A stretch of 64,000 bases of DNA from a virus. Its lineage: Duplodnaviria > Caudoviricetes. Position numbers and translations under genes: made by a program. Below, piece after piece: positions 18,822 through 28,157 of this stretch. Below the pieces are notes generated by a model. The model saw only the letters and a program-made list of their open reading frames with translations, was not told where the DNA came from and made no database searches. Every line of letters begins with the position of its first letter. Positions within the stretch are counted from its first letter, which is position 1. The DNA is taken from the IMG/VR virus record IMGVR_UViG_3300023174_000037. One strand, given 5' to 3'.

Positions 18822-20273
18822 ATGCTTGATATTGTTATCATATCCGTTCCTGGAGTAATGAGAAAATCTCCTCAGGCTGCTCCGGCACTGCTTAGAGGGA
18901 GTGTAGAAGCCGCTGGCTTTACATGTAACACCATTGATTTTAATATTCGATTTTATCAAGATGTAAAAGAATCTGATGCACTTGAAACTTATTTTGCTAC
19001 CGGGTTAAATGCGGAAGAACATGATCGAGCGTCAGCCCTGGTTGAAATCTGGACAAAAGATATATTGAAACTCAATCCAAAGTTTATTGGTATCAGTGTG
19101 TTTACTTACCAAAATAGGGTAGCAACACGATTATTCTGTGAGCATATTCGTCGATTATCCAATGTCAAAATAATCTTAGGTGGTCAAGGACTGTCAGATG
19201 GAGGCATCCTAGGAGCTGCCGGATTTGGAAAACAAATGTATGATGAACGATTAACTGATTTTTGGATTCGCAGTGAAGGGGAAGTTAGTCTGGTTGAATT
19301 ACTTAAAAATAACATGGATTACCCTGGTATCAACTCAGACACCTTTAAACAAATTGATGATTTGGATAGTATACCTTTTCCAAACTATGATGATTACGAA
19401 TTAGACTCATACGAATTTAAAACATTGCCAATTACCGGCAGTCGAGGATGTGTAAGAGCCTGCAGTTTTTGTGATATTCACGATCATTGGGATTACCGAT
19501 ATCGCACCGGACAAAACATGGCCGATGAGGTTTTGTATCTAAATAAAAAATATAAGGTTAACGAATTTAATTTCACTGACAGTTTGATAAATGGAAATCT
19601 CAAAGAATTTAAAAAATTTACAAAAATCACAGCCGACTTTAACAAAAGTTTAGATAATCCTATTAGATGGACCAGTCAATTTATTATTAGACCCGCAAGT
19701 CAAGTCGATGAACAATATTGGCAAGATATAGCTGATTCAGGAGGAAGTAAGTTGGCCATCGGAGTTGAGACTGGCAGCGATACAGTTCGAACACACATGA
19801 ACAAAAAGTTTAGCAACGACGATCTTGACTATACCATGTCCATGCTGGACAAATATAACATAACCTGCACTTTTTTAATGATTGTCGGTTATCCGACTGA
19901 AACCGAACTGGATTTTCAAGAGACCCTTGACATGTTCACTCGTTACAAAAAATACACACATATCATAACCAACATCAATATTGGCAGCACATTAGGTATA
20001 CTGCCAGGAACACCGTTGTATAATAATTCAAAACAGTTCAACATTGAAGTTGATAAGTATGAAAACAACTGGATCGCACTGGATAACCCAGAATTAACCT
20101 TAGAACGTCGCATACAAAGACGTCATGTTCTCAAAGATCATGTGTTGAAATTAGGATATACAATACCGGTTGACTCAACCGAACACATGCTGACAATCTT
20201 AGACAACAACAAAGACATGTTTGAAAAACGCCTTACTATTAAAAAAATGATGAGGATTAAAAATGCAACATAA
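18822..20273 (+). CDS. Cobalamin-binding radical SAM enzyme
   Basis: N-terminal B12-binding-like region (FIGISVF, IILGG), GSRGCVRACSFC, IGVETG, MIVGYPTET. Confidence 0.85.
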   Translation: MLDIVIISVPGVMRKSPQAAPALLRGSVEAAGFTCNTIDFNIRFYQDVKESDALETYFATGLNAEEHDRASALVEIWTKDILKLNPKFIGISVFTYQNRVATRLFCEHIRRLSNVKIILGGQGLSDGGILGAAGFGKQMYDERLTDFWIRSEGEVSLVELLKNNMDYPGINSDTFKQIDDLDSIPFPNYDDYELDSYEFKTLPITGSRGCVRACSFCDIHDHWDYRYRTGQNMADEVLYLNKKYKVNEFNFTDSLINGNLKEFKKFTKITADFNKSLDNPIRWTSQFIIRPASQVDEQYWQDIADSGGSKLAIGVETGSDTVRTHMNKKFSNDDLDYTMSMLDKYNITCTFLMIVGYPTETELDFQETLDMFTRYKKYTHIITNINIGSTLGILPGTPLYNNSKQFNIEVDKYENNWIALDNPELTLERRIQRRHVLKDHVLKLGYTIPVDSTEHMLTILDNNKDMFEKRLTIKKMMRIKNAT

Positions 20274-20877
20274 ACCAGCTGGTCAACTGTTGGACGTGTT
20301 TCAGCCTGAAGAAATTCAATCGGTCTTGGCCGCTTTGACCAAATTAAACAATGCTCCCAATTTGGGTGAGCAATTTAAAGCCTATACCAATGGATTTCAA
20401 CCAAGTGATTTAATATATCCATTTATTAAACGGAAAGTTATAGACAGATTACAAACACTGCTTGATCGTCCAATTAACCTGGTCCATGGCATGTTGTTAA
20501 AAGAGCAAAGACCCTGGGGAATACACACTGACTATGTCAAGGGCGATTCAAATCCAGACATGGGCATTTTAATTCCGTTGAACAATTCTGTAGTCAATAC
20601 GCATACTGTAATTTTCAATGAATCTTGTATTGATACCTTTGACATATACATGTCAAACAATGAAAAATCAATCAATAGTGCAGTAGACATGCACGATACT
20701 TTGTTGAGTCACGAAACAACAGAGCGGCTTGAATATGTTAGTCTACTAGGAGCTTTTCAATGGTTGCCGGGATCAGTTATATATTGGGATAGAAAATTAT
20801 TACATGCCAGTGATAATTTTCTAAAAAATAATGTCACTGAAAAAACAGCATTGGTGTTATTTACAAACTCTCAGTAG
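20263..20877 (+). CDS. 2OG-Fe(II) oxygenase-like protein
   Basis: WGIHTD (HxD) ... LLHASD distal His; overlaps the radical SAM stop. Confidence 0.55.
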   Translation: MQHKPAGQLLDVFQPEEIQSVLAALTKLNNAPNLGEQFKAYTNGFQPSDLIYPFIKRKVIDRLQTLLDRPINLVHGMLLKEQRPWGIHTDYVKGDSNPDMGILIPLNNSVVNTHTVIFNESCIDTFDIYMSNNEKSINSAVDMHDTLLSHETTERLEYVSLLGAFQWLPGSVIYWDRKLLHASDNFLKNNVTEKTALVLFTNSQ

Positions 20878-21154
20878 ATTTTATAGTTTCTTCTTTGGGA
20901 AGTTCGTGTCCATTTTCTTGAAATAATCTTTCCATGATATTGGTATAAAAAGGATAATAATAACCAACAATACGGTCCCAATCTTTTGGAATTGCATTAT
21001 CTCGCACACTGGCTTTGATGACCTTTAGCTCTTTAAAATCCAATATTACATTGGTCATTTGCCAGTCTCTGGTTCTAATTTTAGTGGACACAACCATGCT
21101 CTCATCAATTTTACCGTTGGCTTTGGTATAGTAAGTTAACATTAGGTATCTCAT
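20861..21154 (-). CDS. Hypothetical protein
   Basis: Start re-assigned to ATG 21154 (ATGA overlap). Confidence 0.6.
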   Translation of the reverse strand: MRYLMLTYYTKANGKIDESMVVSTKIRTRDWQMTNVILDFKELKVIKASVRDNAIPKDWDRIVGYYYPFYTNIMERLFQENGHELPKEETIKSTESL

Positions 21155-22275
21155 TGGGCATATTCCTTTTGATATTTTTTCATAATTGATTTGTATGTAT
21201 CTAAATGTTTGGCCTTTGGCGCACAAAGACCACACAGACATTTGTGTTTTTTACATTGTATAACGGGTTGTCCATTGGCCAATTGGATTTTTAAATCATT
21301 GATAATACTGTCTGAATCAGACAATTTTCCAATTGGTCCAACTGTTCCATCAAACTTCATTTTGCAATCTTTGTTAACGTAAACTTCTCCAGTAACTTGT
21401 TTAACAAAAAGAAAGAACTGATTTACGCTGCAGTACCAGTCTGTAAATCGATTATCAAAGATGTAATACTGACGCTCTTTGTAATTTCGGTCCGAACAAG
21501 TTTGCCTTCCTCCGCAACATGCTCGCCCAGCATTACTAAGGTCAGACGACTCGTAAATGTCAGGGTCAATTGTGTTGGACACGCCATATGTCTTACTTTG
21601 ATATTCTGAATTGAACCATGTTATTTGTTGTTTATCATAAGGTCGGCGATCACCGTCAATTTGTTTGGCCAATGACCGTATTTGGTTAGTATCGAGCCAA
21701 GATAAAAAATCTTGGGCTTCTTGAAATAGCAGTGAGTCATTATGCATCATTACAATGCACTTTAATCTTTTAGCGGAATCTCGAATAGTCAACAAATTTT
21801 CTTTAAATTGTTGTTTTTGTTTATCAGTGCTTTCGACATGTGAACTTACTGTAAATTCATCAATGTATGGAATTATCTTTAATAAAGTTTTATTAGGCAC
21901 TATAGCATTGGTTGTTGTAGTAACCGTCAAATGCCATCGATCTTGATATGGTTGATATTTTGATTGTATTTGAGATAATATTTCTACAATGTCAGGATGA
22001 TGTAACGATTCTCCACCATATACATTAAGAACAACATATTTTAATCCGCTAGGCTTGCGTTGCATATATTGATCTACATATTCAAACATAAACTCTAGAG
22101 CTTGAACACATTCATCTTGTGGAGGATGTTTGGTAGAGTTATCATGCCCGCCGTATAGTCCCGAAGAACAATAACTACAATCAAGATTACATTTCATTGT
22201 AAGTTCCCAATCTAATAGAAACGAAATTCTATTGTTGGGATCTATTGCTGGTTCAAGAACTTCAAACGCTGGCAT
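21151..22275 (-). CDS. Radical SAM protein with Cys-rich C-terminal cluster-binding region
   Basis: MKCNLDCSYC, YGGESLH, C-terminal CCGGR..C, C..N, CKKHKCLCG. Confidence 0.85.
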   Translation of the reverse strand: MPAFEVLEPAIDPNNRISFLLDWELTMKCNLDCSYCSSGLYGGHDNSTKHPPQDECVQALEFMFEYVDQYMQRKPSGLKYVVLNVYGGESLHHPDIVEILSQIQSKYQPYQDRWHLTVTTTTNAIVPNKTLLKIIPYIDEFTVSSHVESTDKQKQQFKENLLTIRDSAKRLKCIVMMHNDSLLFQEAQDFLSWLDTNQIRSLAKQIDGDRRPYDKQQITWFNSEYQSKTYGVSNTIDPDIYESSDLSNAGRACCGGRQTCSDRNYKERQYYIFDNRFTDWYCSVNQFFLFVKQVTGEVYVNKDCKMKFDGTVGPIGKLSDSDSIINDLKIQLANGQPVIQCKKHKCLCGLCAPKAKHLDTYKSIMKKYQKEYAQ

Positions 22276-23195
22276 TATAGTCTGCTTAGTTCACACAGCG
22301 TAGCACTTAAATTGATTTCTTGGTCGGCTACCATGGGCATTGCAGCCATGCCGTTGCGAATAATGATAATGGCTTGATCCTGACGTTCTACATCTGTGGT
22401 CCACAAGTCTAAATTATCATACATCCAGCGAAAAATGTCTTCTGTTTCTTCTGGAGTGCTTTGTTGACAAATCAGTGTGCGGGCTTCGCGGATTTTGCCC
22501 GATTTAAACAATTGCACACAATCCAGTTTCCAATCGCCTACACTCTTGTCTGTGCTGTTGGGTGTGTTCAAAACACCTGTTTGACTATTTTGTTGTAACA
22601 ACTGTAGACATTTACGTAAGTCTGGATATGTAGCACGAACATAACTGTCAAGAGTATCAATATCAAATTCGACATTCTCTGTGACCAACACTGTGGCCGC
22701 ACGGGCTGTAAATTCGGTATGATCTGTTTTTAAGATGTGTAACTGTTGCAGTCTCGAATGTAACGGTGGAATGATCTTGTTGGGATAGTTACAAGTTAGA
22801 ATAAAGCGCACACTGTGACTGTAGTCTTCCATCAAGTTACGCATGGCTGGTTGAACTGAATTAGGATTCAAGTAGTCAGCTTCGTCAATAAACACAACTT
22901 TAAATTTGCCAAATGGCATGGTCTGACAGAACGAGATCAGTTTATCTACCCATTCAATTTTACGACCTTCTTTTGATCCGTTAGCATACAGCACATCGTA
23001 TTCGTCTACGCCCAGTTCATTGATTAAGATCTTGCCCAGAGTAGTTTTACCTGTGCCAGGACTGCCACTAAATAACAAATTTGGAATACTGCCATCTCGG
23101 ATCCATGACTCTACTTGTTGACGTTGATTGTCATCAACAAACACATAACCATCTACATTTCGTGGTCTGTATTTTTCTATCCAAAGTTCTTTCAT
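22275..23195 (-). CDS. Sliding-clamp loader small subunit (RFC / T4 gp44-like AAA+)
   Basis: LWIEKYRP, GSPGTGKTT, FIDEADYL, FILTCNY, PLHSR. Confidence 0.9.
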   Translation of the reverse strand: MKELWIEKYRPRNVDGYVFVDDNQRQQVESWIRDGSIPNLLFSGSPGTGKTTLGKILINELGVDEYDVLYANGSKEGRKIEWVDKLISFCQTMPFGKFKVVFIDEADYLNPNSVQPAMRNLMEDYSHSVRFILTCNYPNKIIPPLHSRLQQLHILKTDHTEFTARAATVLVTENVEFDIDTLDSYVRATYPDLRKCLQLLQQNSQTGVLNTPNSTDKSVGDWKLDCVQLFKSGKIREARTLICQQSTPEETEDIFRWMYDNLDLWTTDVERQDQAIIIIRNGMAAMPMVADQEINLSATLCELSRL

Positions 23196-23566
23196 TCTAC
23201 GCCTTTAACAAATGGTTTTAAATCGGGCGTGGTCCAGCCCACTGGCTTTAATACTTTGCCATCTTCACGTTTGCGTACCTTGCCAGTATCCTTATCAATC
23301 TTGGCAAAGTTGGTACGCATGACTTCTTTCCATGCACCTTCTGCATCAAATCCTGCACTGTGTATTGCTCCAATAGTAACAACTAAGATATCAATCAGTG
23401 CATCCAATTGTTCAACACGGTCGTTTTCACGAAGTGCTTGCTCAAATTCTTTTTTTTCCTCGTCGATTAAGCCCGCATACATGAGATACTGTTGAGGATT
23501 ACGGTCGCTGGTAGTTTGATCACAAGCCTTCATAAACTTTTCTTGATCACGGAATGGATTTGTCAT
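23192..23566 (-). CDS. MazG-like / PRA-PH nucleoside triphosphate pyrophosphohydrolase
   Basis: LIDEE..E, DALIDILVV, EVMRTNFAK, DGKVLKP; start ATG 23566. Confidence 0.8.
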   Translation of the reverse strand: MTNPFRDQEKFMKACDQTTSDRNPQQYLMYAGLIDEEKKEFEQALRENDRVEQLDALIDILVVTIGAIHSAGFDAEGAWKEVMRTNFAKIDKDTGKVRKREDGKVLKPVGWTTPDLKPFVKGVE

Positions 23567-23751
23567 ACCAACTCTTCGGCTATACCCAATAATTCTGCTA
23601 ATAAAAACAAGCAGGCTGCAATTTGTATTTCGTAGTAGGCCAAAAATCCACATGCCACAATACGCAGTCCGCTTTTGGCAAAACTGATAATGCGATGTTT
23701 AATAGGGTGTGGGTGCGCCACTTGTGATACAGTAGGTCTAGTTAGTGCCAT
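23563..23751 (-). CDS. Small membrane protein
   Basis: 62 aa with hydrophobic C-terminal half; coupled stop/start. Confidence 0.55.
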   Translation of the reverse strand: MALTRPTVSQVAHPHPIKHRIISFAKSGLRIVACGFLAYYEIQIAACLFLLAELLGIAEELV

Positions 23752-23824
23752 TTTATTTTTCCTTTGATAAATTGAATTAAATTGTAAAACCTAAAATAAT
23801 GACTAGGATATTCAAAAACTGTTT

Positions 23825-24046
23825 TTACCGTTTGAGTATTTCTATCAGTTTCTTTTGTTCCCATTTTTCTTCTCCAGAAAAAGTTGGTAGTTTAGAATAT
23901 TCAAGTTCTAACCAACATTTTAACATATAAAGTTCTTCTTTGCAAGAGCTTTGTGTCCATCCATCGTTGTATGGACTATGTATTTCGCCTAAACTTTTGC
24001 GTATAGCAGAATACGCCGAGTCTATATCGGGCTTGCGAAATCCCAT
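23825..24046 (-). CDS. Hypothetical protein
   Basis: 73-aa ORF in an operon. Confidence 0.55.
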   Translation of the reverse strand: MGFRKPDIDSAYSAIRKSLGEIHSPYNDGWTQSSCKEELYMLKCWLELEYSKLPTFSGEEKWEQKKLIEILKR

Positions 24047-24047
24047 G

Positions 24048-24197
24048 TTAACTTGGTATGATGTGTGGAATGTAAGGAACGTTACGTGGACCGTGACGTT
24101 GTTCTAACAACATTCTAGCCTCTGCCAAATCTTTAGCCCACACACGATCTTTCTTTTCACCTTCGGGTGTTCGTACTGTGGTTTCGTACATGGGCAT
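24048..24197 (-). CDS. Small hypothetical protein (49 aa, MPMYETTVRTPEG...)
   Basis: Hand-translated; fills the gap between GroES and 24046. Confidence 0.65.
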   Translation of the reverse strand: MPMYETTVRTPEGEKKDRVWAKDLAEARMLLEQRHGPRNVPYIPHIIPS

Positions 24198-24199
24198 GG

Positions 24200-24601
24200 T
24201 TATTCGTTGGATTTATTAGGAATGTAAACAGCATCGCTGTGTGTGTCATCAAGTGGACGATCAGGTTCGTCTGACACTAGTAATATATCCTTTGGATCAA
24301 TTTTACGAATGGTCACTTTATGGTCGGTGGTGCCATCATCGATATCAATACCTCTGGTCCAGCGCCCATGTGCCACCATAATCCATTGACCTACTCGAAC
24401 ATCTGTTTGTTTTGGGCCCACTGCATATACACGACCCCAACGCGGACGAATACCTAAACTGGTTCCATCATCGTTTGGAATGATAATGCCTCCTCGACTC
24501 AGTCGAGTATCAAATTCCATGTCAGCTACTAGCACATTATCTTGTAGTGCTTTGATTCGATCTTGTGTAATTTTGTGTGGTTCAAATGCTGCTTTAGTCA
24601 T
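24200..24601 (-). CDS. groES: GroES-like co-chaperonin
   Basis: IKALQDNVLV, GGIIIP, GRVYAVGP, VRVGQ. Confidence 0.85.
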   Translation of the reverse strand: MTKAAFEPHKITQDRIKALQDNVLVADMEFDTRLSRGGIIIPNDDGTSLGIRPRWGRVYAVGPKQTDVRVGQWIMVAHGRWTRGIDIDDGTTDHKVTIRKIDPKDILLVSDEPDRPLDDTHSDAVYIPNKSNE

Positions 24602-24610
24602 AGGGTCCTC

Positions 24611-25129
24611 TTAAATTCGTCTTACGCCCTGTGCTTGTGCTTGTTGGCGACGTGTTTTTTCTAATTCTTGTTTGACTTCTCTAGTGCGGGCAATAGCGCC
24701 AGCTAGGCCTCCGCCCTGAGCAGGAGCCGTGGATGGAGTGTCTGACTGTTCTTGATTTACCACTGATTCTGGCACAAGTTCAGGTTCTTCTTTGGCCACA
24801 ACCAAGTCTTCCATAAACGGATCTGGTTCTGTTTCGTCTAATGGAAGATCTGAAAAGCTGTCAGCGGGGTCAACCATTGGCTGTTGTACCTGCGCCTTGG
24901 CTGAATTTGTGCTTGATTGTGTAGGTCCAGCAGATACATTGGTTTGTTTGTTGTATCTACGTTGCACTTGTTGATTTTTTGGCTCAACTACTTTGTTGTT
25001 GCTATCCAAACGATCACCGCGAGCATTTACATTCATGTTGCCCACAGCCCGAACTCTTTCGTTTTGCAATAACAATGATCCCATGTCTACTGATTTACCC
25101 ATGGCCGATTTGTAAATTTTGCGTGTCAT
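24611..25129 (-). CDS. Hypothetical protein
   Basis: 172-aa ORF with SD AAGGA and upstream TAAATA. Confidence 0.6.
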   Translation of the reverse strand: MTRKIYKSAMGKSVDMGSLLLQNERVRAVGNMNVNARGDRLDSNNKVVEPKNQQVQRRYNKQTNVSAGPTQSSTNSAKAQVQQPMVDPADSFSDLPLDETEPDPFMEDLVVAKEEPELVPESVVNQEQSDTPSTAPAQGGGLAGAIARTREVKQELEKTRRQQAQAQGVRRI

Positions 25130-25156
25130 TTTAATTTCCTTAACATATATCTGTAT

Positions 25157-25699
25157 TTAACGTAAAAACTCGCGGCAGTCTAATTTATAGTATAAACTGT
25201 CAACCCGATGAACACCTAATTTGTATAATACGTAACTGGCTACGCTACTGCCACGGCCTACACCCCAAATAACACTGTTATCAGTCATGACATCTACTAG
25301 ATATTTTAAATAACGTAACAGATCAAACAAATTGCGTTCTTGATACAGCAACAATTCTTCACCACACCTTTGTAATTCAACTTCAGAACTGCACAGTCCA
25401 AGTATATGCGCCGCAATATCTAAATTTTTATACTTCTCGGGCATGTGCCACATCAACTGTTGGCTGGCATGAAATTCTGGTACTGATGTTTCTTTATTGT
25501 ATGGGAATGTCCAAGTTAACAATGATTCTGGCCGTTCAACGTGCATGACCAATTCTTCAATGTTTACACTAGGGTCAACAACCAAATGCTTTAGAGAATC
25601 AACACTGCGACCTTGCATGAGCAAGTCGCACACATCGTGTTCTGAAAAAACTAGTTCACCAAATTTATTTTGTTTCATTGGGTTGTTTAAAATCTGCAA
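25157..25699 (-). CDS. dnaE: DNA polymerase III alpha (DnaE)-like fragment
   Basis: WGVGRGSSVASYVLYKLGVHRVDS matches DnaE GPGRGS..GSLVAY.L.IT..DP; ends before the catalytic PDxDxD motif. Confidence 0.75.
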   Translation of the reverse strand: MQILNNPMKQNKFGELVFSEHDVCDLLMQGRSVDSLKHLVVDPSVNIEELVMHVERPESLLTWTFPYNKETSVPEFHASQQLMWHMPEKYKNLDIAAHILGLCSSEVELQRCGEELLLYQERNLFDLLRYLKYLVDVMTDNSVIWGVGRGSSVASYVLYKLGVHRVDSLYYKLDCREFLR

Positions 25700-26279
25700 A
25701 CACTACAACATTACCAGGAGAGCCTTCGTCGCTGAGCGTGTCTGACCACGCCAACTCTAACTCTCGCCAATCTGTGCTTGGTTGTATAGACAATACTTTT
25801 TCGGACTTATTTGCCAACACAAAATCACTGTGAATCAAATCTGGGCTAGTCCACCAGCCTGGTTGCGTGTATCCGGACGTATTTTCAAAATCAGAATGTA
25901 GATATGTCATGTTGGCGCCATAGGTGCTGGATATTTCAGTTTCTACAATAATCATACGTTCTTCTGTAATGGCATTTAGTTTGTAGTATAACATTATGCC
26001 CACCAGTTGGTCAACTGGATCATTTGGCATGGTTGTAATGCTAAGACCAGCTTTGGAAAAAAGAGTGCATTGTGCTTTTTGATTACTGTTGATAAAAATA
26101 GTATTGTCAATTTGGCTGTAGATAAAATACTTAATTCGTTCAAACGAAATAGTTTGATCAACAGAGTTTTCACTATTGGTGGTCATCCACAATCTAAGAT
26201 TGTAGTTGTTCATGATCAGTTTGCTGTCATGATATATACCCGCGGTAAATTGTATGTCGTGTTTGAGTCTAACGTTCAT
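25665..26279 (-). CDS. Conserved hypothetical protein
   Basis: 204-aa ORF overlapping both neighbours. Confidence 0.6.
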   Translation of the reverse strand: MNVRLKHDIQFTAGIYHDSKLIMNNYNLRLWMTTNSENSVDQTISFERIKYFIYSQIDNTIFINSNQKAQCTLFSKAGLSITTMPNDPVDQLVGIMLYYKLNAITEERMIIVETEISSTYGANMTYLHSDFENTSGYTQPGWWTSPDLIHSDFVLANKSEKVLSIQPSTDWRELELAWSDTLSDEGSPGNVVVFADFKQPNETK

Positions 26280-26497
26280 GATATGTCAATTACGCCGTCG
26301 AAGTTAGTGTCGGTATTGCGTCGAATTTTTTCTTGGTATTTGTTTTGGTGGCTTTCAATTGCCATCCTGAGTTGATTGCACAAATCATGGTTGCCCATGC
26401 CATAGGCTATGCCTAATTTGCGGCTCAGTTCGGTAATTTTTTCTAGCAGTTGTTCGGGTGTGAAATCTTCTAAACTGCCAATTAAAGGATGTTCCAT
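26276..26497 (-). CDS. Hypothetical protein
   Basis: 73-aa ORF with a leaderless promoter. Confidence 0.6.
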   Translation of the reverse strand: MEHPLIGSLEDFTPEQLLEKITELSRKLGIAYGMGNHDLCNQLRMAIESHQNKYQEKIRRNTDTNFDGVIDIS

Positions 26498-26503
26498 ATA
26501 CCT

Positions 26504-26532
26504 ATTGTATATGATTAGTCAACAAAGGTCAA
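26504..26532 (-). promoter_or_regulatory. sigma70-type promoter, leaderless into 26497
   Basis: TTGACC-N17-TACAAT-N6-ATG. Confidence 0.7.
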
Positions 26533-26542
26533 CCAGTTTTGG

Positions 26543-27451
26543 TTAGGCAAATATGCAACCGTTGTTGCCAATACAGAACCATTTGCTTGCGGCAATATTG
26601 GCAACGTTGCTGTTGATATATTGCAGTGTGCAAGCATCACCGATGTCGTTGAATGTGATATTTCCAGTGCCAGAAGTTTTCCAGCCTGCATTGCTGACAG
26701 TAATAACCATATTGCCGCTGTCGGCATACATGGCAAAAGTTTTGATTTGCCCAGGAACACCTGGCAGTAATTGAGCTGTGGTTGCGGCCACTGTGCTAAA
26801 GAAGCTGGTAGTCACTGCGGCATTGACGTTTGCTGTGTCGGTTAGATTTTCACTACTGTTGTTAAATGGTTGTAAAACTTTGTTGACTTCTCTAACTGTG
26901 ATAGTGGTTCCGCCGTTGGCAGTTGAAAATTCAAAACTGTAAACACCAGTAGCAGCAAACGAAATAGTATTGGTTGAAGTGTTAAGCCCTTGTATTCCTA
27001 CATTGTTCACTGTAACTGCGGCCGGCAATATCAAAGTATGAATTGTGTTGGCCACTGTGACTTGAACAACTACAGAAGCAGCCGCACCAGAGGCTGGAAA
27101 ATTAGTAAAACTTAGACTTACAGCACCATTGGTTGTTAGGGTTTGATAACTGGCCAACGCATAATTAATAACTGTTGTTCCGCTTACTGTGCCTAGGGCC
27201 AGTGTAGCATCAGCCATATTAGACAATAATGCATTGGATAAAGGACTGCCTAACATGTTGTTGTCTAGCACAGTTCCAGTTAAGGCTTGTTTTAATACTG
27301 CTGTGGCTTGAAGATCTGAAATTTCGTCGGCTGCAAACGTAAAATTATTTGCAGTGTTTGTGAAATTATCACGAAATCCTTGCGAATTATTGTCCTGCCC
27401 AGCTACTGGGTAAGCACCGTTAATGTTGTTTGGGTTAATTGCACTTGTCAT
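26543..27451 (-). CDS. Virion structural protein (tail/baseplate associated)
   Basis: MTSAINPNNINGAYPVAGQDNNSQGFRDNF N-terminus; S/T/N/A-rich beta composition; late promoter upstream. Confidence 0.65.
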   Translation of the reverse strand: MTSAINPNNINGAYPVAGQDNNSQGFRDNFTNTANNFTFAADEISDLQATAVLKQALTGTVLDNNMLGSPLSNALLSNMADATLALGTVSGTTVINYALASYQTLTTNGAVSLSFTNFPASGAAASVVVQVTVANTIHTLILPAAVTVNNVGIQGLNTSTNTISFAATGVYSFEFSTANGGTTITVREVNKVLQPFNNSSENLTDTANVNAAVTTSFFSTVAATTAQLLPGVPGQIKTFAMYADSGNMVITVSNAGWKTSGTGNITFNDIGDACTLQYINSNVANIAASKWFCIGNNGCIFA

Positions 27452-27497
27452 ATGTATTCCTAATTTATCCTATAATATTTATCAAACTCTAGCAGGG

Positions 27498-27944
27498 TTA
27501 AGAATAATAACTCAATGTTATAGTTCCGCTGCCACCGGTGCTGTTAACAGCGCCACCGTTTGACCCAGTGGATTGAACTCCACCTGTGGGTATTAAACAA
27601 GCTCCATTTTCTCCAGAATAGCCGCCGTTGTCGCCGCCAAGAAGTCCGCCACCAGCACCGCCATTTTGACCTCCACCACCACCACCGCCACCAGCACCGT
27701 CACCACTGCCTCTACCTTGTCCGTAAGCACCGTAAGTGGTTCCAGCAGTTCCAGGGTTATTTTGGTTGGGTTGGCCGGGACTAAACTGTCCGCCACCTCC
27801 GCCGCCGCCACCTCCACCGGCCACAGCTCGAGCTACAGTGTTAATAAAAACAACAGACGCTTGACCACCTCCGCCACCTCCACCACTGTAGCCAGATCCA
27901 CCAAAACTTCCACCTAATCCACCTCTATAATCTGATCCGGGCAT
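27498..27944 (-). CDS. Glycine-rich fibre-domain protein (looks like the C-terminal half of a Gly-rich domain)
   Basis: Poly-Gly tracts, AVAGGGGGGG, terminal GGSGTITLSY; SD AAGGA. Confidence 0.6.
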   Translation of the reverse strand: MPGSDYRGGLGGSFGGSGYSGGGGGGGQASVVFINTVARAVAGGGGGGGGGGQFSPGQPNQNNPGTAGTTYGAYGQGRGSGDGAGGGGGGGGQNGGAGGGLLGGDNGGYSGENGACLIPTGGVQSTGSNGGAVNSTGGSGTITLSYYS

Positions 27945-27953
27945 ATTTAATCC

Positions 27954-28157
27954 TTATTGATTTTTAATTTTCCAGGCATCGTATGCTTGAATAATTGGAT
28001 CATCGCCCTGTGGTATGCCGCTGACAATATAAGCCAACAATGGTGCATTGGGCACAATCTTTATTAAGATAGTTGCGTAGTCAGTTAACATACGGAATAA
28101 ACTGGCTTGTTCGTTTTCGGTCAATGCCAATGCATTTTGTGTTAGTGTATCTATCAT
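27954..28157 (-). CDS. Hypothetical protein (67 aa)
   Basis: ATGA-coupled to 28154..29098. Confidence 0.55.
   Translation of the reverse strand: MIDTLTQNALALTENEQASLFRMLTDYATILIKIVPNAPLLAYIVSGIPQGDDPIIQAYDAWKIKNQ

Noticed and set aside
27945-27956. Possible TAA readthrough or recoding joining the 67-aa ORF to the Gly-rich ORF
   Set aside because: The downstream ORF has its own SD (AAGGA) and ATG. TAA, TAG and TGA all end normal genes across the window, so there is no sign of genome-wide stop reassignment.
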